Below, piece by piece: positions 37,542 to 47,545 of a stretch of 64,000 nt of DNA (position 1 is its first letter; every line of letters starts with the position of its first letter). The notes under the pieces were generated by a model that was not told the origin of the DNA, searched no databases, and saw only the letters and a list, made by a program, of their open reading frames with translations. The stretch is from Kiritimatiellia bacterium. Its GTDB lineage: Bacteria > Verrucomicrobiota > Kiritimatiellia > UBA8416 > JADHWI01. The stretch covers positions 5,209 through 69,208 of the forward strand of contig JASLPY010000020.1 in NCBI GenBank assembly GCA_030744755.1. The letters are read 5' to 3'. The translations under genes were made by a program, and so were the position numbers.

Positions 37542-39823
37542 TAGCCTTACTCTCCGCTTCGCTGATGCTTGCGTGCTGCCTGCCGAGCGCTGCGGCGCCA
37601 CCGCAGATCGGCTATGCCTTCCCGGCAGGCGGGCAGCGTGGCACCACCTTCATGGTCGAGGTAGGGGGGCAATCTCTCAGTGAGGTCGACGCTGTACGCA
37701 TATCCGGTCAGGGAGTACGTGCATCGGTGCTGGAGTACGCGCAGCCACTTGACAACGACGAACGCGGGCGGACCGAACGGTTTCTGAACGAAATAGTACG
37801 CCGCCGATGGTCCGCGAAGGTCATGGAACGGGTCGCCAAGGAGACTAACGAGCCGGCCTTGCCAGATCATCCCTGGCTTCGGGACATGGACGAGAAAAGC
37901 CCGAGTGAGCTGGATCTACTGAGAACGAGGCTGTTTGACCCGAAAAAACAGCCAAACGTGCAGATCCGCGAGCAGGTGGTGGTTGAAATCACCATCGACC
38001 GGGATGCGCAAATGGGCGACCGGGAACTGAGACTGGCCTCCGCTGAAGGGCTGAGTAATCCCCTGTGCTTCCAGGTGGGCAAGCTGCCGGAGGTCTGCGA
38101 GAAGGCTTTCGCAGGAGGCCAGGCTGCACCCGTACTGGATCTGCCTGTGCTGCTCAACGGCCGAATCACGCCGGGAGAACTCGACCATGTCCGCTTGCGT
38201 GCGCGGAGCGGCCAGAGACTCGTGATAAGCCTGCAGGCCCGGCGATTGATCCCGTACCTGGCTGACGCCGTACCCGGATGGTTCCAGGCCACTATGGCGC
38301 TTTATGATTCAAACGGCGACGAAGTGGCCTGGGGCGACGATTACCGTTTCGACCCAGATCCCGTACTTTTCTGCGAAATTCCTGCAGACGGTGTGTACAA
38401 GCTCGGGATCCGCGATGCCATCTACCGCGGCCGGGACGACTTCGTTTACCGAATCGCCGTGGGGGAGCTTCCCTTCGTCACGGGGGTCTTCCCCCTCGGT
38501 GGCCAGACGGGCGTCCCGCTGAAGACCTCGATCCGGGGTTGGAACCTCCCCGTTAAGACACTGCAGCTTGATATGCAGCCCGGCTCCGACGCCATACGGC
38601 AGTCCACGGTTGGTGCGGACCAGGGATTCTGCAACGAAGTGCTCTATGCCGTGAATGCACTACGGGAGGCCACCGAGGCTGAGCCCAACAATGTAACGGG
38701 CAAGGCTCAGCAGGTCGTGTTTCCGCTGATCGTCAACGGACGTATCGAGAGTCCCACCGATGTCGATGTGTTCCGGTTCGAGGGTAAAGCCGGCCAGGCG
38801 ATCGTGGCCGAAGTGTATGCCCGTCGGCTGAACTCACCGCTTGATTCGGTGCTGCGCCTGGTTGATCCGAAGGGGGAAGAAGTCGCCCTCAACGACGACC
38901 ACAAAGACCCGGAGATGGGATTGATAACGCACCAGGCCGACTCGTACATGCGGGTCGAACTACCGCATGACGGGGCGTACCTGCTGTTTCTTTCAGACGC
39001 ACAGCATAAGGGCGGCGAAGCTCATGCGTATCGTCTGCAGATCAGGCATGTGCAGCCCGATTTTGCTTTGCGGCTGGTACCGTCCTGCATCAACCTGCCT
39101 GCAGGGGGGACGGCGAAGGTCACCGTTCACGCGTTGCGGAAAGACGGTTTCGAAGGGGACATCAATCTGGTCATGGTTGATACCCCGGACGGCTTCACGC
39201 TGAAGAATACCCGGATTCCCTCCGGTGAGAAGTCGATCGAGACGACACTCAGCGCACCACCGGACGTTTTCCGGCAGGTCTTTCCTACACAGATCGAAGG
39301 GCGTGCGGAAATCGGCGGTGTAACGGTAGGTCGCCCGGTGGTCCCGGCGGAAGACATGATGCAGGCATTTCTCTGGCGCTTTCTCGTGCCACGGCAGGAA
39401 TTGCTGGTTGCGATCCACGGAACCCGCCCCGTGCCGGCGGTTTGGCGCCCCATCGCGCAGGGCTTTCGGGCCTCCGACGGCGTTCCTGTCCGCATTCCCC
39501 TGGGAGGCACCGGCCGGGTGGAGATCAAGGCACCGCAGATTCTGCCGGATGGCGGGCAGACCGCACTCTCGTCGGTTCAGTTCCGTCTCTGCAATCGCCC
39601 CAGCGGTGTTACGCTTCGGGAGACAACCGTGGGGGCCACCGGGGTGGCTCTCACGCTGAAAGCCGATCCGAACACCGCCCTGGTCGGGGACGCTTCGCAT
39701 GTGATCGTTGAGGCGTACGTGAAGGCGATCGCGGGAAACGGAGCCGACCCATTGATGGGCCGCAGGAACCGGGTCGATCTCGGGGTGCTGCCCGCTATTG
39801 CGTACGAGATCGTGCAACCCTGA
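37511..39823 (+). CDS. PPC-domain protein, the usual partner of DUF1501/DUF1553 (start uncertain; the ORF is open from 37274)
   Basis: PQIGYAFPAGGQRGT, GLSNPL.F.VG.LPE, EAEPNN, VNGRIE...DVD.FRF, RRLNSPLDS.L.L. Confidence 0.8.
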   Translation: MAGSLKSVPFVALLSASLMLACCLPSAAAPPQIGYAFPAGGQRGTTFMVEVGGQSLSEVDAVRISGQGVRASVLEYAQPLDNDERGRTERFLNEIVRRRWSAKVMERVAKETNEPALPDHPWLRDMDEKSPSELDLLRTRLFDPKKQPNVQIREQVVVEITIDRDAQMGDRELRLASAEGLSNPLCFQVGKLPEVCEKAFAGGQAAPVLDLPVLLNGRITPGELDHVRLRARSGQRLVISLQARRLIPYLADAVPGWFQATMALYDSNGDEVAWGDDYRFDPDPVLFCEIPADGVYKLGIRDAIYRGRDDFVYRIAVGELPFVTGVFPLGGQTGVPLKTSIRGWNLPVKTLQLDMQPGSDAIRQSTVGADQGFCNEVLYAVNALREATEAEPNNVTGKAQQVVFPLIVNGRIESPTDVDVFRFEGKAGQAIVAEVYARRLNSPLDSVLRLVDPKGEEVALNDDHKDPEMGLITHQADSYMRVELPHDGAYLLFLSDAQHKGGEAHAYRLQIRHVQPDFALRLVPSCINLPAGGTAKVTVHALRKDGFEGDINLVMVDTPDGFTLKNTRIPSGEKSIETTLSAPPDVFRQVFPTQIEGRAEIGGVTVGRPVVPAEDMMQAFLWRFLVPRQELLVAIHGTRPVPAVWRPIAQGFRASDGVPVRIPLGGTGRVEIKAPQILPDGGQTALSSVQFRLCNRPSGVTLRETTVGATGVALTLKADPNTALVGDASHVIVEAYVKAIAGNGADPLMGRRNRVDLGVLPAIAYEIVQP

Positions 39824-39842
39824 GGGAGAGGAAGACAAGAGA

Positions 39843-40658
39843 ATGAGCAGATCAGTTTCCAGTAGGCCAACGCGACGATGGCAGAAACCCGCCCTGTCGA
39901 GCGCTCCAGTCAGCATCAGCAGGACTATCATGGCAGGTGCGGCAGCGACGGTGTTACTGGCTACCTCGGGACTGTCATGGTCGGAGGATTCTCTCAACGT
40001 GCAGCTGCACCCATCGGGTATGGTTGAGGTCGGCCGGGAAAAGGTGAGCCTGGCTATAATTGATCTGAACGCCCACGGCGTGGGATGGGAATACGCTTCG
40101 CAGAAGGACACCAAGGCTAAAGTCACTGACCTCCCCGGTAAGAAGGGAAAGCTGTTCTCGGGCTCCTTTGAGATACCTAAGTCTGAAGGCGGGGCCATCC
40201 AGTACACCGAAACCGTAAGAACGCTTTCCGAAGGCCTTGAGATCGAGTACGACCTGACCATGACGAAAACTATGAAGCTCAACGGCCTGCAGCTCTCCAT
40301 CAGCTTGCCGGAGGCCCAGTATGCGGGCAAAGAGATTATGATATCGCAACTCCGCAACGACCCGGAACTCGTGGGAATTCCGAAAGAGCACACGGAAGGG
40401 AGGTCCCAGATCTGGACTGGAGCGGGATCCAGAATCGAATTGGCGAAAGGCACCGATGATGCTGTCACGATCGAGCTGCGTGCCCCGACGGATGTGCTGG
40501 TTCAGGATCTTCGCCAGTGGGAAAGTCCATTCTTCGAGATCCGTTTTCCGGCCCTCACGGACTACTCGGGCAGAGAGATCTCGGCCGGGGCCAGGTTCCA
40601 CATCGACCTCATAGTCACATTTGCCGCACCGGTACGGCTTAGTAAGCCCCAGCCATAA
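39843..40658 (+). CDS. Hypothetical secreted beta-rich protein
   Basis: Hydrophobic signal-like segment AGAAATVLLATSGLSWS; coding-like composition; directly follows the PPC gene. Confidence 0.55.
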   Translation: MSRSVSSRPTRRWQKPALSSAPVSISRTIMAGAAATVLLATSGLSWSEDSLNVQLHPSGMVEVGREKVSLAIIDLNAHGVGWEYASQKDTKAKVTDLPGKKGKLFSGSFEIPKSEGGAIQYTETVRTLSEGLEIEYDLTMTKTMKLNGLQLSISLPEAQYAGKEIMISQLRNDPELVGIPKEHTEGRSQIWTGAGSRIELAKGTDDAVTIELRAPTDVLVQDLRQWESPFFEIRFPALTDYSGREISAGARFHIDLIVTFAAPVRLSKPQP

Positions 40659-40860
40659 TCTGTGCAGCATGCTCCAGGTGTTGCCAAACCAATTGGGCAG
40701 TTCATCATCTCTCCTCGTCCAGACGTCCTGACGCGATAGCTCCCTGCTATTGACGCGATTGTCCTCTTTCGCCGGCATGTCGGACGTGCTAGTATCCTCA
40801 TCTGCTTTTATAAATCGTTGGTTGTGAAGGGGCGCGTGTGCGCCCGAGGGAGCATGGGAC

Positions 40861-43800
40861 ATGAGATTTGGTCTGCTATGTATGCTGGGAGCGTTTGCTC
40901 TTGCGCTGTCGTGCGGCGTGGCACATGGCGAGAAGGCCGGGGAAGAGATTCTCTATCCTAGTAAGGCCTTCTCAAAACTCGACACTTTTGAAGCGCTCAA
41001 TCTCGAAGACGCCGACAAGCTTTACGGAAAGCGCGACTATGCCGGCGCCTATTCGGCCTACAAGGCCTATTCGTTTGAGTTCACAAAGAGCCCGGCGCTC
41101 TCGTACGTGCTCCTGCGCATGGGGCGATGCCTGCACCAGGTCGGCAAGCGCAACGCGGCCATCAAGGCTTACCAGGACGTCGTCGACTACTTCCCGGACG
41201 ATGTGCGCTATGCTGCCGCTGCCCTCTACTACATCGGTCAGTGCCACCAGCAGAATGGGGACGTTGCCAGGCAGACCGCTGTCTGGGCGCGCATGGTCAA
41301 GGACGATGACTACGTCGCCCAGCCCAACTCCGGAACAGCGCTGGTCCACCTGGCCGGCGCCATGGACAAGCTCGAGAAATTCGAGGAGGCCGCCGAATAC
41401 CGCTGGCGCACGGCCGTGAACTTCGCCGTGAGCAACGAGCGTGCTGCGGCCGATGCACGGAATGCGGTGATCTACCACTACGCCTGCCGCAGGCCCAACC
41501 ACGACAAACTCAAGGAATTCTTCGTCGCCACCAACGCCTTCGCAGACCGCAACGGCAAGGGCGATAATCCACAGGAAGACAGGCGCTACTGGGACGCTGC
41601 CCTGGGCTCCGCCCTTGGGGCAAAGGAGAATAAGGAAAGTGTCGGCCGCTACTGGGTCGGCAAGTTCGGCAACCTGTTCCCCAAGGACGACGGGTTGCGG
41701 GTCAAGCTCTTCAACCTGCAGAGGGTCTACGAGAAAGACAAAGATGCCTGGGCGGCGCGGATGGACAAGCAGTTCAAGCTCACACCGGCCACACTTGGGC
41801 GCGTTGCCGGCTGGATCGCGTATTTCAACTGGGACCCAACCCTCGAGCTGGCGTTTGCCATGAAGCACGGCGGGCCGCTGGTGGCGTCGGCGAAGCCGGA
41901 CGAACGCACGGTGGTGATCGAGCAGATGCGCTGGAACCGCGACAAGTTCTACGAGAAATGGGTGCTCAAGACCGTGAGCGGATTAAAACCCGAGGAGAAG
42001 GTCTGGTTGATGAATCGCCTTCGCCATCCCTGCGGTTTGCACGAGCAGGCGACGTCAGTGTTGCGCCAGGTCAACGTCAACGGCATGGCGGATACGCAGA
42101 TTCGCGGTGTGGGCATGTTTGCCTCCTATTACCTGCCGGAAGAGGACGTGATCCGGTATTTTGCCAAGATGAAAGACAAGCTGGCGGCGACAAAGGCTCG
42201 GTTCGACTACTATGTCGGCGACCGTAACCACCCTCGCAACCCGGAAAAAGCGATTATCGAGATCCCTGCTCTGAGGAAATCCACAGAATATGCGGGCCCG
42301 GAACTGTCCTGGACCGAAGCTATGATGTACCGGCGTCTCAATCGCCACGAGGAAGCCATCAAGGCCTACCGCGCCGCCAACAAGCAACCCGATTCAACCT
42401 GGGCGGTCACGGATTGCCTGGTGGCGATGAAGCAGTACGGCGCCGCGATCAAGAACGTGGCCGGGCTGGAATCGGTTAAAGCCACCGCACCCGCGGCCTG
42501 CCTCAAGATCGCCGACATCTACAAAGCGGCCGGCGACAAGGGCAAAGAAGTGGAACAGCTCCAGCTCGTCTTGCGCCGTTACCGGGGCTCGGACGTTCAC
42601 GTGCGGGCCGCACTGGGTTCGGTGATGATTGACCGCGTATCGCGGAACTTCGGCGCCGCGCTGGAGGAGCTGGACAAGCTGCTGAGCATCAAGGTCCCCG
42701 GTGCCCGCAGCAAGATCCACTATGCACGTGCTGAAGTCCTGATGGACCAGGAGGCTTACAAGGAGGCCCTTGAGGAGGTCGAGGCCGTGTTGCGACGCGA
42801 ACCCGGGCACGAGGATGCGCGTATTCTGCGCGGCAAGATCGAGATCCTGATGCGCCGCCTGGTGGAAGCCACCGAGATCGAACTGGGGTTGACGCGCGAG
42901 GACGAGGTCATGGAGCTGGTCGAAAAGGGCGCAGGCGAGCGCCTCGTGGAGCTGTTCAACGAAGCACAAGCTCGAGAGAGCGGGCTGTTGGGGAACTGGA
43001 ACGCGGCCGGTATCCTGGATGCGCTGGTCGCCGCGGAGCATGCGCCGGCCCTCGACGTGGCGCGCGGCGCGCTGAAGCATGGCGATCCGCTCGTCCGCCG
43101 CGCGGCGGTGCAGGCGGTCTTCGCGATCGGCGGTGACGCGGAACTCAAGACCGTATTCGCATTTATCCGGCAGGCCACGGCGCTTGAGGACTTTGACGGC
43201 GCGGAACGTGCCCTGCTTTCGAAAAAGGACGACCCGGAGCATGTGCAGCGGGTCAGCAAGGCTGCGATCACACTGCTGCCGCGCAGCGAGCCGCCGTTGC
43301 GGCGTTCCCTGGCTTGGGTGCTGGGTCAATTCGGCGGCGAGGCCAACCTGGCCGCCATCCAGCAGGCGGCGGAAACCACTGAGGACGACGACGACCTGAA
43401 AGAGATGGCCCTGGCGCTGGCCTACTCGCCCGACCGGGCCGCCAGCGAGAACCTGCTGACCCTGGTCAAGGGCGGCAAACGCATACGTGACATTGTGGCA
43501 CCGCTCAGCATTCACCGCATGGTGGGCCGCAACGGGATGGGAGACGTGACCGACCAGGAGCGCGTCAAGTTCGCCCGCGGCATTCTTAACCTGACGTACA
43601 ACGAGCGGCTCGTCAGCTTCCTGAGTCGAGTCCATACGGGACAGGCCATGCAGTTGCTGTATGACGTGATGAAGATGAACCCCTCGATGTCCGCGAAAAG
43701 CATCATTGCGAGCGCGGAGGGCATCAGGCGTCCGAGCAAGCTCGATTCGCAGTTGGCGTCCGAGGTGCTGGCGGAGGTAATCGAGTACATCGAGGTGACC

Positions 43801-43965
43801 CACCTGCGTGGGGGCATGACCGAGCAGGTCGACGACTGGCGCAAAGCCATGGGGTACACGGAATGGAAAGGCCTTCAGGCCCGCGCCGGTCAGGCTCTGC
43901 TCAAATTCCACAAACCCAAGGAATCGGCCATTCCCACATTTGACGACATCGATTTGGATCTGTGA
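40861..43965 (+). CDS. Secreted TPR/HEAT-repeat protein, possibly an in-frame chimera
   Basis: Signal peptide; TPR motifs (LLRMGRCL..AIKAYQDVV..FP); HEAT motifs (DPLVRRAAVQAV); acidic C-terminus FDDIDLDL. Confidence 0.75.
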   Translation: MRFGLLCMLGAFALALSCGVAHGEKAGEEILYPSKAFSKLDTFEALNLEDADKLYGKRDYAGAYSAYKAYSFEFTKSPALSYVLLRMGRCLHQVGKRNAAIKAYQDVVDYFPDDVRYAAAALYYIGQCHQQNGDVARQTAVWARMVKDDDYVAQPNSGTALVHLAGAMDKLEKFEEAAEYRWRTAVNFAVSNERAAADARNAVIYHYACRRPNHDKLKEFFVATNAFADRNGKGDNPQEDRRYWDAALGSALGAKENKESVGRYWVGKFGNLFPKDDGLRVKLFNLQRVYEKDKDAWAARMDKQFKLTPATLGRVAGWIAYFNWDPTLELAFAMKHGGPLVASAKPDERTVVIEQMRWNRDKFYEKWVLKTVSGLKPEEKVWLMNRLRHPCGLHEQATSVLRQVNVNGMADTQIRGVGMFASYYLPEEDVIRYFAKMKDKLAATKARFDYYVGDRNHPRNPEKAIIEIPALRKSTEYAGPELSWTEAMMYRRLNRHEEAIKAYRAANKQPDSTWAVTDCLVAMKQYGAAIKNVAGLESVKATAPAACLKIADIYKAAGDKGKEVEQLQLVLRRYRGSDVHVRAALGSVMIDRVSRNFGAALEELDKLLSIKVPGARSKIHYARAEVLMDQEAYKEALEEVEAVLRREPGHEDARILRGKIEILMRRLVEATEIELGLTREDEVMELVEKGAGERLVELFNEAQARESGLLGNWNAAGILDALVAAEHAPALDVARGALKHGDPLVRRAAVQAVFAIGGDAELKTVFAFIRQATALEDFDGAERALLSKKDDPEHVQRVSKAAITLLPRSEPPLRRSLAWVLGQFGGEANLAAIQQAAETTEDDDDLKEMALALAYSPDRAASENLLTLVKGGKRIRDIVAPLSIHRMVGRNGMGDVTDQERVKFARGILNLTYNERLVSFLSRVHTGQAMQLLYDVMKMNPSMSAKSIIASAEGIRRPSKLDSQLASEVLAEVIEYIEVTHLRGGMTEQVDDWRKAMGYTEWKGLQARAGQALLKFHKPKESAIPTFDDIDLDL

Positions 43966-44109
43966 TTCAGAGTTCAGGAGTCGGGGGTTCCAGGTCTGTC
44001 CGTCCAGGACATGTGAGGACGCCTGTTCTGCAGTGGAGGAATCCGGAGTTTTCGTACGAAACTGACTGTGACTCAGAGACGAGCCTTCGTGTTTCAGGTT
44101 CCTTGACCG

Positions 44110-47100
44110 CTACTCCGGCATAAAGACTATCGAGGTCTCCATCCAGTTGGCGCATTTGCATCCCCCGCCTCCCTCTGGGGAGAGAACCAATCCCAAGGCG
44201 GGAACGGTGCTCAACCAGCAACCGGGTCGCAGCCGTGCCCAGGAGCTTACACCACTTCCTTCCAACGGCCAGACTGTCACAGTACTCTTGCGGAAGAAAG
44301 CGGCATGTTTTGAGAAGGCATATGTGCCGCATCCGCCGTCCGGCATTTTGTTTTTCTGCACACCACCGGTTCTCAAGTCCAGGACCGCCGGACGCACATA
44401 TACCTTATCTCCGACAATCGCCGGACGTGACATCGCCTTGCCGTGATCCCCTTTGCCTCCGCTCCAGCCGCTTTCCGTGGTCCACAGCTCCCGTCCATCA
44501 TTTGCATCGAATGCGGTGGTGTAGAACTTGCCATTCGTTGATGCCACAACAACCAGAGTGCCGCCGCCGTGCGCCATGCTGAACATCACGGTGCCGTCTG
44601 CCGTATCAATAGGCTTCTGCCATATCCTGCGGCCGGAACCAACGTCAAGCGACACCAGGAATTGGTCCTGCCACAACTCGGGAGCTCCCACCCGGCGCGA
44701 ATCACCTTTAACAATGGTCTGGTTATTGCACTGCACAAAGTAGAGAACGCCATCTGCCATCGTTATGGTTGAGTTTATCACCACGCCTGCGCCGCTATAG
44801 CTCCAACGCCGCTTACCCGAATGTTTTTCCACCGCGAAAACAACATCGCTGCAGATTTTGTGAGTGACCATGCCGTTTCGTGCATCGTACCACCCGGCCG
44901 AGGCATTGCCGTGAAATCCTCTGAAGACTGAGCCCTGTCGAACGGTACTCCCTACAATCACATCTTCCGCATCAGCAATGTACCCCCACTCATAGGCCGC
45001 ACCTTCAAGCGGGCCCGGTGCCACACTGTGAGTCTTTACAACATCACCATCAGCCGCGTTGACAACCCAGCAACGATCATTGACCGCAACATAAAGCCGG
45101 TCCGCATCCGCGCACCAGTTGCCGCAGTCACGCGGCATGTTGAAACGCCTGAGAGGGGGCATCTCCAGCGACCAGAGAATCGAACCGTTAAAAGCATCAA
45201 TTCCAATCAGTCGCTCAAGCCCCTGTCCGAACATGCGCCCGTTTACCGCCAGCGGAGCCGGTTTGCGCCCATTTCGATCGGGGTGATAACGCGGCCCGGG
45301 CCGTCCCAGCCACTGCACACGGAATTCATCAACATTTACGGTTCCCTGGAGCGTTTCACCAGCATAAGCCGAATTGTCGGCCTTCCCATATTGGTGGGTC
45401 CATACACCGGTGTCTTTCAAAGGCGGCCTGACAAATGTCTTTCCGTCGGAAACAGACACACCACTTCCGGGTTTGAGCAGACGAACCACCTCGCCATGCT
45501 CAATGTCTTTGCCGTTCACAATAACCAGGTTTGCAAACTCCCCGACAAAGGGAAGATCATCCATCGATCTAACATGATAAACCACTGCCCTGCTGCCATA
45601 AACTCCGGCTTCGTTCAAATTTCGCCGCGCCTTCTTTACAGCCTCGAGATCCGTGTCGACGCAGATAACTTTGAAACGACTTTGCCTGGCGATTTCCCAA
45701 GCCATCGCCCCGCCCCGGCTTCCAACCATCAGGCACAAACCACGGTCAGTGCGGGCAGCTTTGATGGCCTCGGTCACACCCTTTGAGTACTTCAGACTCT
45801 CATTGCGACAGGTACTCTGCATGCCGGGAACAGGAGCCACGCTATAGTTGAAGAATGTATCCAGGGCGAAGGTTGCCTCTTTCTTGTCTCCAGCCTTCAC
45901 CGTATAGGTATAATCAAGATCAGGTCGCAGTCCGGTGATCACCACATTGTGCTGCTTGCCGCTGCTTGTCTCCGCCTTGACTTCTAATCCGGCTGTCCCG
46001 ATCGAGGAGCGCACATCCAGCATCGTGGCAACGGCCCCAGTTGTTTCCCAGCGAACAGATGCCGAATTGGAACCCGTATGCTCCACATACGGCCCCAGTG
46101 CCAGCGGGTTTTCAGAGCTCACCTCAAGCACCTCACGGGACGGCGGCGGTGCAACCGCTCCGACGCCTCTTGGCGAAAAGCAGTAAACCATCCCTTCCGA
46201 TGTGCTTGCCAGCAGTTCCCCGTTGACAACAGCCAGATCATAAACACGGCCCTGCACACCGGCCTGCCAGAGAATAGAGCCGCTTTTTGAATCCAGTGCC
46301 GCAACGCGGTCGCGCCCGCCGGCCAGGAGAGTTCCTCCTGCAAGAATCATTGAATCAGAGCAGCTGGCGTCGATTTTCCAACGCAGCTTGCGAGTCACGC
46401 GCTCCAATGCGGACAAACTGCGTTCAGTTGAGATAAACGCGGTACTGCCGGCAATTACAAGCCGCCTGCCACCCTTGAACGTGGAGTCCTTGGAGCCTCC
46501 GGAGATAGAGCTGGATCTGCTGTCCTGACCGTAGAAGATTCTTTTGTCATCTGAGAGCACTGCAAATGAGCCGCCGCCCCCCTTGAGTTTGATATTGCTG
46601 TTTTTTCCGGTGGCACGGTCAAAAACAATCGGGCTCAGTCGTCCCTGGGGCACATAGAGATGGTCTCCGGATGAGAGCATGGCACCCTCGGCCGTCATCT
46701 TGTGTTCAACAACGTAATGCCCCTCTCCGGTTTCGACGCCGCTGTTTGCGTCCACCGCGCAGAGGTACGATGTTTTCCATGGCAGCATACCGCAGACAAA
46801 GTACGCCACGTTCCCTTCTATCAGCACCCCGGTTCTGCAGGGATAGAGCGATATCATCTTGCCGTTTTGAAGAACCCTCCGCGTTTTCGGCACAGGGCTG
46901 AATCTCCAGATCAACTCGCCGCTCTGTGCATCGAGGCAATAGGCATAGCCGTCGTCTGCCCCAACATAGGCTTTGCCGTCAGAAATCGTTGGAGCCATAC
47001 GCACCGGGGCGTCCGTAGTGAACCGCCACATCTCCCTGCCTGTTAACAGGTCGACCGCATGTACCGCATCATCCACAGACGATCCAAAAAAGACAAGCCC

Positions 47101-47385
47101 TCCGGCACTGGAGATACAGAAGGCGCGGTCATAGTCACGCATTGCTCCAAGCTTCTGAATCATTGCGTAGGCATCCTCACGGGCCGGACCGGCCCAGGCG
47201 GGCTGCGGCTGGGAAGGTGAACGCCAAACCCACTTTAACTTAAGACTGGAAACATCAACCGGGTCCGGGGTTATACCGCTGCGACTGTTGTCATGCCGGT
47301 GGGAGGGCCAATCCTCCGCCTGGGCAGAGAGCAGGCAGGCAAAAGAGATAATCCAGAGCGAATTCCTTAAACATGCAAGTTTCAT
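44110..47385 (-). CDS. PQQ-like beta-propeller / FN3-like / class I SAM-methyltransferase-like / beta-propeller fusion
   Basis: Start moved to ATG 47385 (signal peptide); DWPSHRHDNSRSG, propeller repeats (A.D..TG...W.F), GLCLMVGSRGG, WTHQYG..DNS, GGCG...RPGCW...PEGGGGCKC. Confidence 0.85.
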   Translation of the reverse strand: MKLACLRNSLWIISFACLLSAQAEDWPSHRHDNSRSGITPDPVDVSSLKLKWVWRSPSQPQPAWAGPAREDAYAMIQKLGAMRDYDRAFCISSAGGLVFFGSSVDDAVHAVDLLTGREMWRFTTDAPVRMAPTISDGKAYVGADDGYAYCLDAQSGELIWRFSPVPKTRRVLQNGKMISLYPCRTGVLIEGNVAYFVCGMLPWKTSYLCAVDANSGVETGEGHYVVEHKMTAEGAMLSSGDHLYVPQGRLSPIVFDRATGKNSNIKLKGGGGSFAVLSDDKRIFYGQDSRSSSISGGSKDSTFKGGRRLVIAGSTAFISTERSLSALERVTRKLRWKIDASCSDSMILAGGTLLAGGRDRVAALDSKSGSILWQAGVQGRVYDLAVVNGELLASTSEGMVYCFSPRGVGAVAPPPSREVLEVSSENPLALGPYVEHTGSNSASVRWETTGAVATMLDVRSSIGTAGLEVKAETSSGKQHNVVITGLRPDLDYTYTVKAGDKKEATFALDTFFNYSVAPVPGMQSTCRNESLKYSKGVTEAIKAARTDRGLCLMVGSRGGAMAWEIARQSRFKVICVDTDLEAVKKARRNLNEAGVYGSRAVVYHVRSMDDLPFVGEFANLVIVNGKDIEHGEVVRLLKPGSGVSVSDGKTFVRPPLKDTGVWTHQYGKADNSAYAGETLQGTVNVDEFRVQWLGRPGPRYHPDRNGRKPAPLAVNGRMFGQGLERLIGIDAFNGSILWSLEMPPLRRFNMPRDCGNWCADADRLYVAVNDRCWVVNAADGDVVKTHSVAPGPLEGAAYEWGYIADAEDVIVGSTVRQGSVFRGFHGNASAGWYDARNGMVTHKICSDVVFAVEKHSGKRRWSYSGAGVVINSTITMADGVLYFVQCNNQTIVKGDSRRVGAPELWQDQFLVSLDVGSGRRIWQKPIDTADGTVMFSMAHGGGTLVVVASTNGKFYTTAFDANDGRELWTTESGWSGGKGDHGKAMSRPAIVGDKVYVRPAVLDLRTGGVQKNKMPDGGCGTYAFSKHAAFFRKSTVTVWPLEGSGVSSWARLRPGCWLSTVPALGLVLSPEGGGGCKCANWMETSIVFMPE

Positions 47386-47444
47386 ACAGCAGTAATATGA
47401 ACGATCAGCGTTGAAACGTGAAGCAGAATCAAAGCGTTTCGCGC

Positions 47445-47545
47445 TGTTATGTGGAGTACGGGATTGTGTTGAGAGAGGTGAGAAGTCACTCTCGACTTGG
47501 ATGTTGGTTGTTTGGCGTTGGGCGTTGGGCGTTGATCTCCTCCCA
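47445..47545. repeat. Partial copy of the repeat family: XerC-arm-like 21-mer plus the hairpin-2 loop sequence with GGCGTTG heptamers
   Basis: 47445-47465 is the reverse complement of 14204-14224; 47471-47544 (gagagaggtgagaagtcactc..cttggatgttggttgtttggcgttgggcgttgggcgttgatc) matches 32294-32379. Confidence 0.75.

Noticed and set aside
40660-40778. Possible truncated divergent gene (MPAKEDNRVNSRELSRQDVWTRRDDELPNWF...)
   Set aside because: Too short to assign, runs antisense into 39843..40658, and no recognisable family
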